Of a stretch of DNA of 32,000 nucleotides, positions 1-7,905 are shown in pieces. The stretch comes from Kineococcus radiotolerans SRS30216 = ATCC BAA-149 (GTDB lineage: Bacteria; Actinomycetota; Actinomycetes; Actinomycetales; Kineococcaceae), in the NCBI RefSeq assembly GCF_000017305.1, contig NC_009664.2, positions 720,001-752,000 on the forward strand, given 5' to 3'. Under the pieces are notes generated by a model, which saw only the letters and a list, made by a program, of their open reading frames with translations, was not told the origin of the DNA and did not search any database. Numbering within the stretch: the stretch's first letter is position 1; each line of letters starts with the position of its first letter. The position numbers and the translations under genes are program-made.

Positions 1-154
1 CGACGGCACCCGCCTGCTCGAGGTCGTCGTGGGCGAGGTCGTGGCCAACCTCTGCTTCGGCGGCGCGGACGGCACCGACGTCTTCGTCGCGGCCTCCACC
101 AGCGCCTACCGGCTGCGGACCAGCGCCGTCGGCGCGGGGCTGTGGTGGCTGTGA
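1..154 (+). CDS. SMP-30/gluconolactonase/LRE-family protein, C-terminal fragment (5' end lies outside the window; reading frame starts at nt 2)
   Basis: Open frame from the window edge to TGA at 152-154. It translates to ...DGTRLLEVVVGEVVANLCFGGADGTDVFVAASTSAYRLRTS..., and the 'N(L/V)CFGG-DG--(L/V)(F/Y)(V/I)-A--S-Y' tail is typical of gluconolactonase/SMP-30 beta-propellers. Only 51 codons are visible. Confidence 0.5.
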   Translation, partial: DGTRLLEVVVGEVVANLCFGGADGTDVFVAASTSAYRLRTSAVGAGLWWL

Positions 155-672
155 GCGCCACCGTCCCGCCCGCCCCCGAGCGCCGCGAGCCCCCGGAGGT
201 CGGTGACGAGCGCGCCACCGTCGAGGGCTTCCTGGAGTACCACCGGGTCACCTTCGCCCGGAAGCTGGAGGGCCTGACCCCCGAGCAGCTGCGCCGGCGC
301 AGCGTGGAGCCGTCGTCGATGTCGCTGCTGGGCCTGGCCCGCCACCTCGCCGAGGTGGAACGCGGCTGGTGGCGCGAGGGGGTGGCCGGCGAGGACGCCC
401 CCGCGCGGACGTACTCCCCCGACAACCCCGACGGCGACTTCGACGACGTGGAGACCGCCGACGCCGCCGCCGACCTCGACTGGCTGGCTCAGGAGCAGGC
501 GCACGCCCGGCGCGTCCTCGCCGCGCGCTCCCTCGACGACACCTGGGAGCACCCCCGGCGCGGCACCCTCAGCGTCCGCTGGGTGCTGACCCACCTGCTG
601 GAGGAGTACGCCCGCCACAACGGGCACGCCGACCTGCTGCGCGAGCGGATCGACGGCGCGACCGGGGAGTAG
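142..672 (+). CDS. DinB-like / DUF664 (mycothiol-transferase superfamily) four-helix-bundle protein
   Basis: 176-aa ORF with strong G/C at codon position 3. DER-TVEGFLEYHR-T---KLEGL at the N-terminus and W-L-HL-EEYARH-GHADLLRE at the C-terminus match the DinB_2/DUF664 pattern, including His metal ligands. Start is ambiguous: GTG at 142, 145 or 151. GTG 151 forms a GTGA overlap with the upstream stop (152-154), the coupling style seen elsewhere in this window. Confidence 0.7.
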   Translation: MVAVSATVPPAPERREPPEVGDERATVEGFLEYHRVTFARKLEGLTPEQLRRRSVEPSSMSLLGLARHLAEVERGWWREGVAGEDAPARTYSPDNPDGDFDDVETADAAADLDWLAQEQAHARRVLAARSLDDTWEHPRRGTLSVRWVLTHLLEEYARHNGHADLLRERIDGATGE

Positions 673-678
673 CCGGCC

Positions 679-906
679 CTACCGCGGCCGCTTCGGGCGC
701 CGGTCGCGGCCCAGGCGGCGCTCCGGGGGGACGTCCATGGCCTCGCACAGCGCCAGCCAGATCTCCTTGGGCTCCACCCCGGCGTCCAGCGCCTGCCGCG
801 CGGTGCGGTCGTCGAGGGCGAGCAGGTGCTGGTCGGTGGCCAGCGAGCGGCCGTAGGCGTCCCCGAACTCGTCGGTCACCAGGGTCCAGAACTCGCTGAC
901 GCGCAT
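679..906 (-). CDS. DUF3046 domain protein (the small protein usually found next to recA in actinobacteria)
   Basis: 75-aa ORF, MRVSEFWTLVTDEFGDAYGRSLATDQHLLALDDRTARQALDAGVEPKEIWLALCEAMDVPPERR..., ATG at 904-906. The remainder of the 1186-aa track ORF upstream is antisense to lhr and spurious. Family recognised from the conserved M-(L/V)-EFW-L---EFG-AYG--LA-D-VL--L---TA--AL--G--P-(E/D)(V/I)W-A(L/V)C pattern. Confidence 0.75.
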   Translation of the reverse strand: MRVSEFWTLVTDEFGDAYGRSLATDQHLLALDDRTARQALDAGVEPKEIWLALCEAMDVPPERRLGRDRRPKRPR

Positions 907-952
907 GGGCGACAGGGTGCCACGCAGCGGCACCGCGAGCGCCGGGGGGCAG

Positions 953-975
953 GTGTCGGACCCGGGTGGTCGAAT
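953..975 (+). promoter_or_regulatory. Candidate RecA-independent (PafBC-type, 'RecA-NDp') promoter for lhr: gTGTCGgac-N8-TCGAAT, followed 6 nt later by the ATG
   Basis: 953-961 gTGTCGgac, 8-nt spacer 962-969, hexamer TCGAAT 970-975, spacer 976-981, ATG 982. The spacing equals the mycobacterial consensus tTGTCRgtg-N8-TAnnnT. The hexamer deviates at position 2 (C instead of A). Confidence 0.4.
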
Positions 976-981
976 GGCGCC

Positions 982-3900
982 ATGACCCTGGACGCGTCCC
1001 CGGACCTCGACCAGCAGGAGGTCCTCGGGCGGTTCTCCGAGGCGACGCGGGCCTGGTTCACCGGCGCCTTCGCGGCTCCCACGCCGGCGCAGCTGGGCGC
1101 CTGGGACGCGGTCAGCCGCGGGCAGCACGCCCTCGTCGTCGCCCCGACGGGATCGGGCAAGACCCTCTCGGCCTTCCTGTGGGCGCTGGACGGCCTGGCC
1201 GGTGAGCCGGTGCCGGAGGACAAGGACCACCGCTGCCGCGTCCTGTACGTCTCCCCCCTCAAGGCGCTGGCCGTCGACGTCGAGCGCAACCTCCGGTCCC
1301 CGCTCACGGGCATCCGCCAGGCCGCGCAGCGCCTGGGTCTGCCGGTGCCGGAGGTCCGCGTCGGGGTGCGCTCGGGGGACACCTCCCAGGAGGAGCGCCG
1401 CGGGTTCACCCGCACCCCGCCCGACGTCCTCATCACCACGCCGGAGTCGCTGTTCCTGCTGCTGACCTCCAAGGCCCGCGAGCAGCTGCGCGGGGTCCGC
1501 ACCGTCGTGCTCGACGAGGTCCACGCGATGGCCGGCTCCAAGCGCGGGGCCCACCTGGCGCTGTCGCTGGAGCGCCTCGACGCCCTGGTGCAGGCCGCGG
1601 GGGGCGAGCCCACCCAGCGGGTGGGGCTGTCCGCGACGGTCCGCCCGGTGCAGACGGTGGCCGAGTGGGTCTCCGGGGGGCGGCCGGTGACGATCGTGCA
1701 GCCGCCCTCGACCAAGGAGTTCGACCTGCGCGTCGTCGTCCCGGTGGAGGACATGAGCGACCTCGACGCCTCCGGCCGCGGCGCGGAGGACCCCGACGAC
1801 CTGACGGGTCAGGCCTCGGGCGGCGCCCGCCGGGCCAGCATCTGGCCGCACGTCGAGGAACGCATCGTCGACCTCGTCGCCGAGCACCGCTCCACGCTGG
1901 TGTTCGCGAACTCCCGGCGGTTGTCCGAGCGGCTGACGGCGCGGCTGAACGAGGTCTGGGACGAGCGGCTGAACCCCGAGGAACCCGACGGGGCCGCCCC
2001 CGCGCCCCCCGCCCAGCTCATGGGGCAGGCCGGGACGGGGACGGGTGCCCCCGCCGTCCTGGCCCGGGCCCACCACGGCTCGGTGTCCAAGGAGCAGCGC
2101 TCCCTCATCGAGGAGGACCTCAAGGCCGGCCGGCTGCCCGCGGTCGTGGCGACCTCCAGCCTGGAGCTCGGCATCGACATGGGGGCGGTCGACCTCGTCG
2201 TCCAGGTCGAGTCCCCGCCCAGCGTCGCCAGCGGGCTGCAGCGCGTCGGTCGCGCCGGCCACCAGGTGGGCGCGGTCTCGCGCGGGGTGCTGTTCCCGAA
2301 GTTCCGCGGGGACCTGCTGCAGACCGCCGTCGTCGTCGAGCGCATGCGCGACGGCCGCATCGAGGAGCTGCACGTCCCCGCCAACCCCCTCGACGTGCTG
2401 GCCCAGCAGATCGTCGCGATGGTCGCCATGGACGAGTGGACGGTCCCCGACCTGCTCGCCCTGGCCCAGCGCGCCGCGCCGTTCGCCACGCTGTCGCGCG
2501 CGGTGCTGGACGCGGTGCTGGACATGCTCTCCGGCCGCTACCCCAGCGACGAGTTCGCCGAGCTGCGCCCGCGGCTGGTGTGGGACCGCGTCACCGAGAC
2601 CCTCACCGGACGGCCCGGGGCGCAGCGCCTCGCGGTCACCAGCGGCGGGACGATCCCCGACCGCGGGTTGTTCGCGGTGTTCCTCGCCACCGGCGAGGGG
2701 CCGGGGCGCCGGGTCGGGGAGCTCGACGAGGAGATGGTCTACGAGTCCCGCGTCGGCGACGTCATCACCCTCGGTTCCTCGGCCTGGCGGGTCGAGGACA
2801 TCACCCACGACCGCGTGCTGGTCACCCCCGCTCCCGGCCAGCCGGGGCGGCTGCCGTTCTGGCACGGCGAGGCCCTGGGACGCCCGGCGGAGCTCGGCCG
2901 GGCCCTGGGCGAGTTCGTCCGCGAGCTCGGCGGCCTCGACGGCGGGTTCGCCGGGGAACCCGCGCGCGAGCGCGTCCGGGCCGCGGGCCTGGACGACTGG
3001 GCCACCGGCAACCTCCTCGCCTACCTGACCGAGCAGCAGGAGGCGACCCGGCACGTCCCCGACGACCAGACGATCGTCGTCGAGCGCTTCCGCGACGAGC
3101 TGGGCGACTGGCGGATCTGCATCCACTCCCCCTTCGGCGGGCAGGTCCACTCCCCCTGGGCGCTGGCCCTGGGCGCGCGGATGCGCGAACGGTTCGGCGT
3201 CGACGTGCAGGCCATGCCCGCCGACGACGGGATCGTCCTGCGGCTGCCCGACCTGGACCTGCCCGAGGGCCAGTCCCCCGACGTCGCCGACCTGGTCGCG
3301 CTGGAGGCGAGCGAGGTCGCCGAGATCGTCACCGCCGAGATCGGCGGCTCCGCGCTGTTCGCCTCCCGGTTCCGCGAGTGCGCCGCCCGCGCCCTGCTGC
3401 TGCCGCGCCGCCAGCCCGGCAAGCGCCAGCCGCTGTGGCAGCAGCGCCAGCGCGCCGCGTCGCTGCTGGAGGTCGCGAGCCGGTTCGCGAGCTTCCCCAT
3501 CGTCCTGGAGACGGTGCGCGAGTGCCTCTCCGACGTCTTCGACGTGACCGGGCTGGAGCGGTTGATGACCGACCTGGCCGCGCGCAAGGTGCGGGTCGTC
3601 GAGGTCGAGTCGCAGCAGCCCTCCCCCTTCGCGCGGGGGCTGATGTTCGGCTACGTGGCGCAGTTCCTCTACGAGGGCGACTCCCCGCTGGCCGAGCGGC
3701 GCGCCGCCGCGCTGGCCCTGGACCCCAGCCTGCTGGCCGAGCTGCTCGGCCGCGGCGAGGGGGCCGCGCTGCGCGACCTGCTGGACCCCGAGGCGGTGCA
3801 GCGCACGGAGGACGAGCTGCAGCGGCTGGTCCCCGAGCGCCGCTGCGCCGACGCCGAGGACGTCGCGGACCTGCTGCGCGTCCTGGGTCCGCTCACCACC

Positions 3901-5736
3901 GCCGAGGTGGTCGTCCGCAGCGGTCGCGGCGAACCGGGCTCGCAGGGGCCCGCCGCCCTGCCCGAGGGCGAGGTCGCCCGCTGGCTGGTGGGGCTGGAGG
4001 AGGCGCGCCGGCTGATCCGGGTGCGCATCGCCGGGGAGGAGCACTGGGCCGTCATCGAGGACGCCGGGCGGCTGCGCGACGGGCTCGGGACCCCGCTGCC
4101 GGTCGGGATCCCCGAGGCGTTCACCGAACCCGTCGCCGACCCGCTGGCGGGGCTGTTCGGCCGCTACGCCCGCACCCGCGGGCCGTTCACCGTGCTCGAC
4201 GTCGCGGCCCGCTTCGGGGTCGGGCGGGCGGTGGCGCACGACGCGCTGCGCCGGTTGCAGTCCGCGGGCCGCCTCGTCGAGGGGGAGCTGCGCCCGGGGG
4301 GCACGGGGCTGGAGTTCTGCGACGCCGACGTGCTGCGCATCCTGCGCCGGCGCTCGCTGGCCGCGCTGCGCGCCGACGTCGAACCGGTGCCGCCGCGCGA
4401 CCTCGCCCGGTTCCTGCCCGCCTGGCAGGGGGTGAGCACGGGGTTGCGCTCGCGGCTACGCGGCGTGGACGGGGTGCTGCGGGCGGTGGAGCAGCTCGCC
4501 GGGGCGGTCGTCCCCGCCAGCGCCGTGGAACCCCTGGTGCTGGCCGCCCGGGTGGAGGGCTACTCCCCCGCGATGCTGGACGAGCTGACCGCGGCCGGCG
4601 AGGTCGTCTGGTCCGGTCACGGCAGCCTGCCCGGCGACGACGGGTGGGTCTCCCTGCACCCGGCGGACCTCGCCCCGCTGACCCTGCCCGACCCGCGCGA
4701 CTCCGAGATCGACCTCGACACCGAGCTGCACCGGGCGGTGCTGGACGCGCTGGCCGGTGGCGGTGCGTACTTCTTCCGGGCGCTGTCCGACGCGGTGGGG
4801 TCCACCGACGACCCGGGCCTGACCAGCGTGCTGTGGGACCTGGTGTGGGCGGGGCGGTTGACCAACGACACCCTCGCCCCGCTGCGCAACCGCCTAGGCG
4901 GGCGCGGGGCCCACAAGCCCCGGGCCGCGGCGCCGAGGTCGCGCTACGCCCGGACCGCCCGCCCGGCGCGCGGTCTGCGGGGGACGCGGGTCGAGCTGCC
5001 CTCGCGCAGCGGGCCGCCGTCGGCGGCCGGCCGGTGGTCGCTGCTGCCGGAGATCGAGGCGGACGCGACGGTGCGCGCCCACGCCAGCGCCGAGGTCCTC
5101 CTGGACCGGCACGGGGTCCTGACCCGCGGGGCCGTGGCCAGCGAACGCGTCCCGGGGGGCTTCGCCGCGGTGTACCGGGTGCTGGCGGCCTTCGAGGACG
5201 CCGGCCGGGCCCGGCGGGGGTATTTCGTGGAGGGGCTGGGCGCCTCCCAGTTCGCCACGACGGGGGCGGTGGACCGGCTGCGCGACTCCGCCCGCCCGGT
5301 GGGCGGTGACAGCCCCTCGCAGCGGCGGGAGTCCCGCCGCGACGCGGGGCCGGGGGCCGTCGTCCTCGCCGCGACGGACCCGGCGAACCCGTACGGGGCG
5401 GCGCTGCCGTGGCCGGAGCGACCGGAGGTCACCGCAGGCGCGAGCGGGCACCGGCCCGGTCGCAAGGCGGGGGCGCTGGTCGTGGTCGTCGACGGCGACC
5501 TCGTCCTCTACGTCGAGCGCGGCGGGCGGTCGGTGCTGTCGTGGACGCAGGACCCGGAGACGCTGCAGCCGGCCGCCGACGCGCTGGCCCTGTCGGTGCG
5601 CGACGGCGTCCTGGGGAAGCTGACGGTGGAGAAGGCCGACGGCAGCGGGGTCCTGCAGGCGGACTCCCCGCTGGCCCAGGCCCTGGAGTCCGCGGGCTTC
5701 CACGCCACCCCGCGCGGCCTGCGGATGCGCTCGTGA
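982..5736 (+). CDS. lhr: ATP-dependent DNA/RNA helicase Lhr, long form (SF2 core plus large C-terminal domain), 1584 aa
   Basis: ATG at 982 gives MTLDASPDLDQQEVLGRFSEATRAWFTGAF-APTPAQ--AW. Walker A is APTGSGKT, the DEAH-type box is VVLDEVH, and motif VI is QRVGRAGH. The long conserved C-terminal extension runs to residue 1584. The 52 codons upstream in the track ORF overlap DUF3046 and its promoter region. Confidence 0.93.
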   Translation: MTLDASPDLDQQEVLGRFSEATRAWFTGAFAAPTPAQLGAWDAVSRGQHALVVAPTGSGKTLSAFLWALDGLAGEPVPEDKDHRCRVLYVSPLKALAVDVERNLRSPLTGIRQAAQRLGLPVPEVRVGVRSGDTSQEERRGFTRTPPDVLITTPESLFLLLTSKAREQLRGVRTVVLDEVHAMAGSKRGAHLALSLERLDALVQAAGGEPTQRVGLSATVRPVQTVAEWVSGGRPVTIVQPPSTKEFDLRVVVPVEDMSDLDASGRGAEDPDDLTGQASGGARRASIWPHVEERIVDLVAEHRSTLVFANSRRLSERLTARLNEVWDERLNPEEPDGAAPAPPAQLMGQAGTGTGAPAVLARAHHGSVSKEQRSLIEEDLKAGRLPAVVATSSLELGIDMGAVDLVVQVESPPSVASGLQRVGRAGHQVGAVSRGVLFPKFRGDLLQTAVVVERMRDGRIEELHVPANPLDVLAQQIVAMVAMDEWTVPDLLALAQRAAPFATLSRAVLDAVLDMLSGRYPSDEFAELRPRLVWDRVTETLTGRPGAQRLAVTSGGTIPDRGLFAVFLATGEGPGRRVGELDEEMVYESRVGDVITLGSSAWRVEDITHDRVLVTPAPGQPGRLPFWHGEALGRPAELGRALGEFVRELGGLDGGFAGEPARERVRAAGLDDWATGNLLAYLTEQQEATRHVPDDQTIVVERFRDELGDWRICIHSPFGGQVHSPWALALGARMRERFGVDVQAMPADDGIVLRLPDLDLPEGQSPDVADLVALEASEVAEIVTAEIGGSALFASRFRECAARALLLPRRQPGKRQPLWQQRQRAASLLEVASRFASFPIVLETVRECLSDVFDVTGLERLMTDLAARKVRVVEVESQQPSPFARGLMFGYVAQFLYEGDSPLAERRAAALALDPSLLAELLGRGEGAALRDLLDPEAVQRTEDELQRLVPERRCADAEDVADLLRVLGPLTTAEVVVRSGRGEPGSQGPAALPEGEVARWLVGLEEARRLIRVRIAGEEHWAVIEDAGRLRDGLGTPLPVGIPEAFTEPVADPLAGLFGRYARTRGPFTVLDVAARFGVGRAVAHDALRRLQSAGRLVEGELRPGGTGLEFCDADVLRILRRRSLAALRADVEPVPPRDLARFLPAWQGVSTGLRSRLRGVDGVLRAVEQLAGAVVPASAVEPLVLAARVEGYSPAMLDELTAAGEVVWSGHGSLPGDDGWVSLHPADLAPLTLPDPRDSEIDLDTELHRAVLDALAGGGAYFFRALSDAVGSTDDPGLTSVLWDLVWAGRLTNDTLAPLRNRLGGRGAHKPRAAAPRSRYARTARPARGLRGTRVELPSRSGPPSAAGRWSLLPEIEADATVRAHASAEVLLDRHGVLTRGAVASERVPGGFAAVYRVLAAFEDAGRARRGYFVEGLGASQFATTGAVDRLRDSARPVGGDSPSQRRESRRDAGPGAVVLAATDPANPYGAALPWPERPEVTAGASGHRPGRKAGALVVVVDGDLVLYVERGGRSVLSWTQDPETLQPAADALALSVRDGVLGKLTVEKADGSGVLQADSPLAQALESAGFHATPRGLRMRS

Positions 5737-5745
5737 GGGGGTCCG

Positions 5746-6633
5746 GTGCCCGAGGGTGACACCGTCTGGCGCACGGCGCGGCGGCTGCACCGGGCGCTGG
5801 CCGGGCGGGAGCTGCTGGTCAGCGACCTGCGCTGGCCGAGCCTGGCGACGGTGGACCTCTCCGGCCGGGAGGTCCTGGAGGTCGTCAGCGCCGGCAAGCA
5901 CGTCCTGACCAGGGTCGCCGCGGGCGGGGACGACCCGCCCCTGACCCTGCACAGCCACCTGCGGATGGAGGGGTCCTGGTTCGTCGAGCGGACCGGTGAC
6001 CCGCACGGGCGGCGGTCGGCGTCGGGGATCCGGGCCGTGCTGACGACCGCGGAGTGGACGGCGGTGGGGCACAAGCTGGGGATGCTGGACCTGGTGAGCA
6101 CCGACCGCGAGGCCGAGCTCGTCGGTCACCTCGGGCCGGACCTGCTGAGCCCGGGGTGGGACCCGGAGGAGGCCCGGCGCCGGCTGCTGGCGGACCCCGC
6201 GCGCGAGCTGGGGGCGGCGCTGCTGGACCAGCGGGTGCTGGCGGGGGTCGGCACCCTCTACATGGCCGAGGCGTGCTTCCTGGTGCGGCTGACGCCGTGG
6301 TCGCCGGTGTCGGACCTCGAGGACCCCGAGGGCTTCCTCGCCCTCCTGCACCGGCTGCTGCACGTCAACAAGGACCGTCCCGCGCAGGTGACGACCGGCG
6401 ACCTGCGCCACGGGCGGCAGCACTTCGCCCACGCCCGCTCCGGGTTGCCGTGCCTGCGCTGCGCCGGGACGGTGCGGGTGGCCCCGATCGGGGTGCCCCC
6501 GCAGGACCGGACGGCCTTCTACTGCCCCGGCTGCCAGGTCGGCCCGACCCCCACCGACGACGGCCGGCCGCAGCGACCGCTGGGCAGCTCGGGGCGCGCC
6601 GCCCCCACCCGCGGCTACCGCGCCCGGCGCTGA
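5746..6633 (+). CDS. nei: Fpg/Nei-family DNA glycosylase / AP lyase (endonuclease VIII-like, Nei2 type)
   Basis: GTG 5746 gives M-PEGDTV (catalytic Pro2/Glu3). C-terminal C4 zinc finger is CLRCAGTV...FYCPGCQ. It starts 9 nt after the lhr stop, with a GAGGGGG Shine-Dalgarno sequence overlapping that stop. This is the lhr-nei2 operon arrangement known from mycobacteria. Confidence 0.88.
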   Translation: MPEGDTVWRTARRLHRALAGRELLVSDLRWPSLATVDLSGREVLEVVSAGKHVLTRVAAGGDDPPLTLHSHLRMEGSWFVERTGDPHGRRSASGIRAVLTTAEWTAVGHKLGMLDLVSTDREAELVGHLGPDLLSPGWDPEEARRRLLADPARELGAALLDQRVLAGVGTLYMAEACFLVRLTPWSPVSDLEDPEGFLALLHRLLHVNKDRPAQVTTGDLRHGRQHFAHARSGLPCLRCAGTVRVAPIGVPPQDRTAFYCPGCQVGPTPTDDGRPQRPLGSSGRAAPTRGYRARR

Positions 6634-6639
6634 GACGCG

Positions 6640-6671
6640 AGCACCCCGTCCGCGGGCGCGGACGGGGTGCT
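6640..6671. terminator. Bidirectional intrinsic-terminator-like hairpin between convergent nei and clgR-like genes
   Basis: agcaccccgtccgc (6640-6653) / loop gggc / gcggacggggtgct (6658-6671). This is a 14 bp perfect stem with a 4-nt loop and no clear U-tract, which is common in high-GC actinobacteria. A second weaker gcccggg/cccgggc stem follows at about 6684-6706. Confidence 0.5.
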
Positions 6672-6712
6672 GGGAGGACGGCGGGCCCGGGAACGGGGTG
6701 CCCGGGCGCTGC

Positions 6713-7252
6713 TCAGGCGGCGGAGACCAGCCGCCGGCGCAGGATGAGCTCGAGCTCGTCGGGCAGGCCCTCGAGCTCGACGGCGAACTCGCCGCCGGCC
6801 TCCTGGGCCAGACCACCCAGGGCGGAGTCGATGGCGTGGTCGACGACGGAGTCGACGGCCTGGTCCACGAGGGAGTCCAGGTCGTGCTCCTCGGCGCGCG
6901 CGCTCGCCCCGAGGGGGGTGTCCCCCTCGACTACGGGCAGCAGCGGGACGGGGGCCTCGACGGCCGGGGTGGGCACCACGCCCTCGGCGGCGTAGCGGCG
7001 ACCCACCGCGGGGACGCCCTCCTCGCGGGCGATGCGGCGGGTGACCTCGCCCAGCACCTGGGACAGGGGCACGTCGAGCGCGGTGCAGATGGAGGCGAGC
7101 AGCTCGCTGGAGGCTTCCTTCTGGCCGCGCTCCACCTCGCTGAGGTACCCCAAGGACACGCGCGCGGTCGAGGAGACCTCGCGCAGGGTGCGCTGCTGAC
7201 CGCGGCGCTCGTCGCGCAGCACGTCACCGATCGTCCGGCGGAGCACGACCAT
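6713..7252 (-). CDS. clgR: ClgR-like XRE-family helix-turn-helix transcriptional regulator with a long acidic C-terminal extension (179 aa)
   Basis: HTH core [47 protein letters not shown] matches the ClgR signature as I remember it. Position downstream of pgsA/cinA matches clgR in Corynebacterium and Mycobacterium. Start set at ATG 7250-7252, preceded by GGGAGG (7260-7265) at 7 nt. The 48 upstream codons of the track ORF have many A/T third positions (about 13 of 48), so they look non-coding. Confidence 0.75.
   Translation of the reverse strand: MVVLRRTIGDVLRDERRGQQRTLREVSSTARVSLGYLSEVERGQKEASSELLASICTALDVPLSQVLGEVTRRIAREEGVPAVGRRYAAEGVVPTPAVEAPVPLLPVVEGDTPLGASARAEEHDLDSLVDQAVDSVVDHAIDSALGGLAQEAGGEFAVELEGLPDELELILRRRLVSAA
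6824..6886 (-). repeat. In-frame 24-nt tandem repeat (about 2.6 copies) inside the clgR-like C-terminal tail
   Basis: ggagtcgatggcgtggtcgacgac (6824-6847), ggagtcgacggcctggtccacgag (6848-6871), ggagtccaggtcgtg (6872-6886). On the minus strand this encodes ...[21 protein letters not shown]... Confidence 0.8.
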
Positions 7253-7403
7253 GCGGCGGCCTCCCTCAGGGAGTCGAGGTGGCAGCTCCCGCAGGACCGG
7301 ACGTCCGTCCGGAGCCGTTCGGTGGCTGCCAGTGGTGGAAGGACCACCGTACCCCGCCCGGGGCTTCAGGGTCGTGGTGGGAACGGAGTTGCGCACGTAG
7401 GGC

Positions 7404-7901
7404 TCAACTCCCCGTACCCCCCGGGTGTTCCGCGAGGGCGGCGAGGACCTCGGCCAGCGCCGCGGTCACGACCCCGGCCCGCACGACCGGGCGGTCGCCC
7501 TCGACCCGGAGCCGGACGTGGCGGGCGCCGCCCTCGATCCAGTCCGCGGCCACCCCCACGAAGGCCGTCCCGGCGGGGAAGCCGTCGGCGGGCCCGGGCC
7601 CGGCCACCCCCGTCGTGGAGACGCCCACGTCGGCGCGGAGCCGGGCCCGCGCCCCCCGGGCCATCTGCTCGGCGACGAGACCGTCGACCGGCCCGGTGCG
7701 GGCCAGGGCCTCGCGCTGGACGTCGAGCAGGTCGGCCTTGAGCTCCGTCGCGTAGGCCACGACACCGCCGCGCACGACGGCCGAGGCCCCGGGGACGTCG
7801 ACGAGGGCCGCGCAGAGCAGCCCGCCGGTCAGCGACTCGGCGGTGGCGACGCTCGTCCCGGCGGCGGCGAGGGCCGCGACGACCTCGGCGGGGCCGCTCA
7901 C
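7404..7901 (-). CDS. cinA: CinA-family protein, stand-alone C-terminal (PncC-like nicotinamide-nucleotide amidohydrolase) domain
   Basis: 165 aa. [27 protein letters not shown] and VS-TGVAGP are the CinA_C signature. GTG start at 7899-7901, 4 nt after the pgsA stop. Confidence 0.85.
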   Translation of the reverse strand: MSGPAEVVAALAAAGTSVATAESLTGGLLCAALVDVPGASAVVRGGVVAYATELKADLLDVQREALARTGPVDGLVAEQMARGARARLRADVGVSTTGVAGPGPADGFPAGTAFVGVAADWIEGGARHVRLRVEGDRPVVRAGVVTAALAEVLAALAEHPGGTGS

Positions 7902-7905
7902 CGCG

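Noticed and set aside
970-990. Possible LexA SOS box (TCGAAT at 970-975; also TCGAAC at 21818-21823 upstream of fdhA)
   Set aside because: The actinobacterial SOS box is the palindrome TCGAAC-N4-GTTCGA. In both places only one half-site is present. The second halves (ccatga, gaccac) match at no more than 2 of 6 positions.
679-4239. 1186-aa ORF on the minus strand (and similar ORFs at 1665-5309 +, 4894-6816 -, 876-1754 -)
   Set aside because: It runs antisense or out of frame to lhr. The translation is Arg/Pro/Gly/Ala low-complexity with no recognisable motifs. Long shadow ORFs are expected in DNA this GC-rich because stop codons are rare. Only the last 75 codons (DUF3046) look like a real protein.
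6824-6886. CRISPR-like or other non-coding repeat arrays (also 14949-14969 and 17705-17733)
   Set aside because: The repeat units are 11-24 nt, contiguous and without spacers, and present in at most 2.6 copies. One is in frame inside a CDS. None resembles a CRISPR array, and no cas genes are present.
7253-7396. N-terminal extension of the clgR-like gene to ATG 7396 (227-aa version)
   Set aside because: The 48 extra codons have about 13 A/T third positions, which is far more than in the surrounding coding DNA, and they encode a Pro/Gly/Thr-rich non-conserved peptide. A strong GGGAGG Shine-Dalgarno sequence sits 7 nt before the internal ATG at 7252, where the conserved HTH N-terminus begins.
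7253-7403. ClgR autoregulatory operator (CGC-N5-GCG-type palindrome) upstream of the clgR-like gene
   Set aside because: I scanned the 150-nt cinA-clgR gap on both strands by eye and found no CGC-N5-GCG or GTTCGC-N5-GCG match. There are only small GC hairpins (ggtgg-aagga-ccacc) and a possible TACGGT -10 at 7346-7351.
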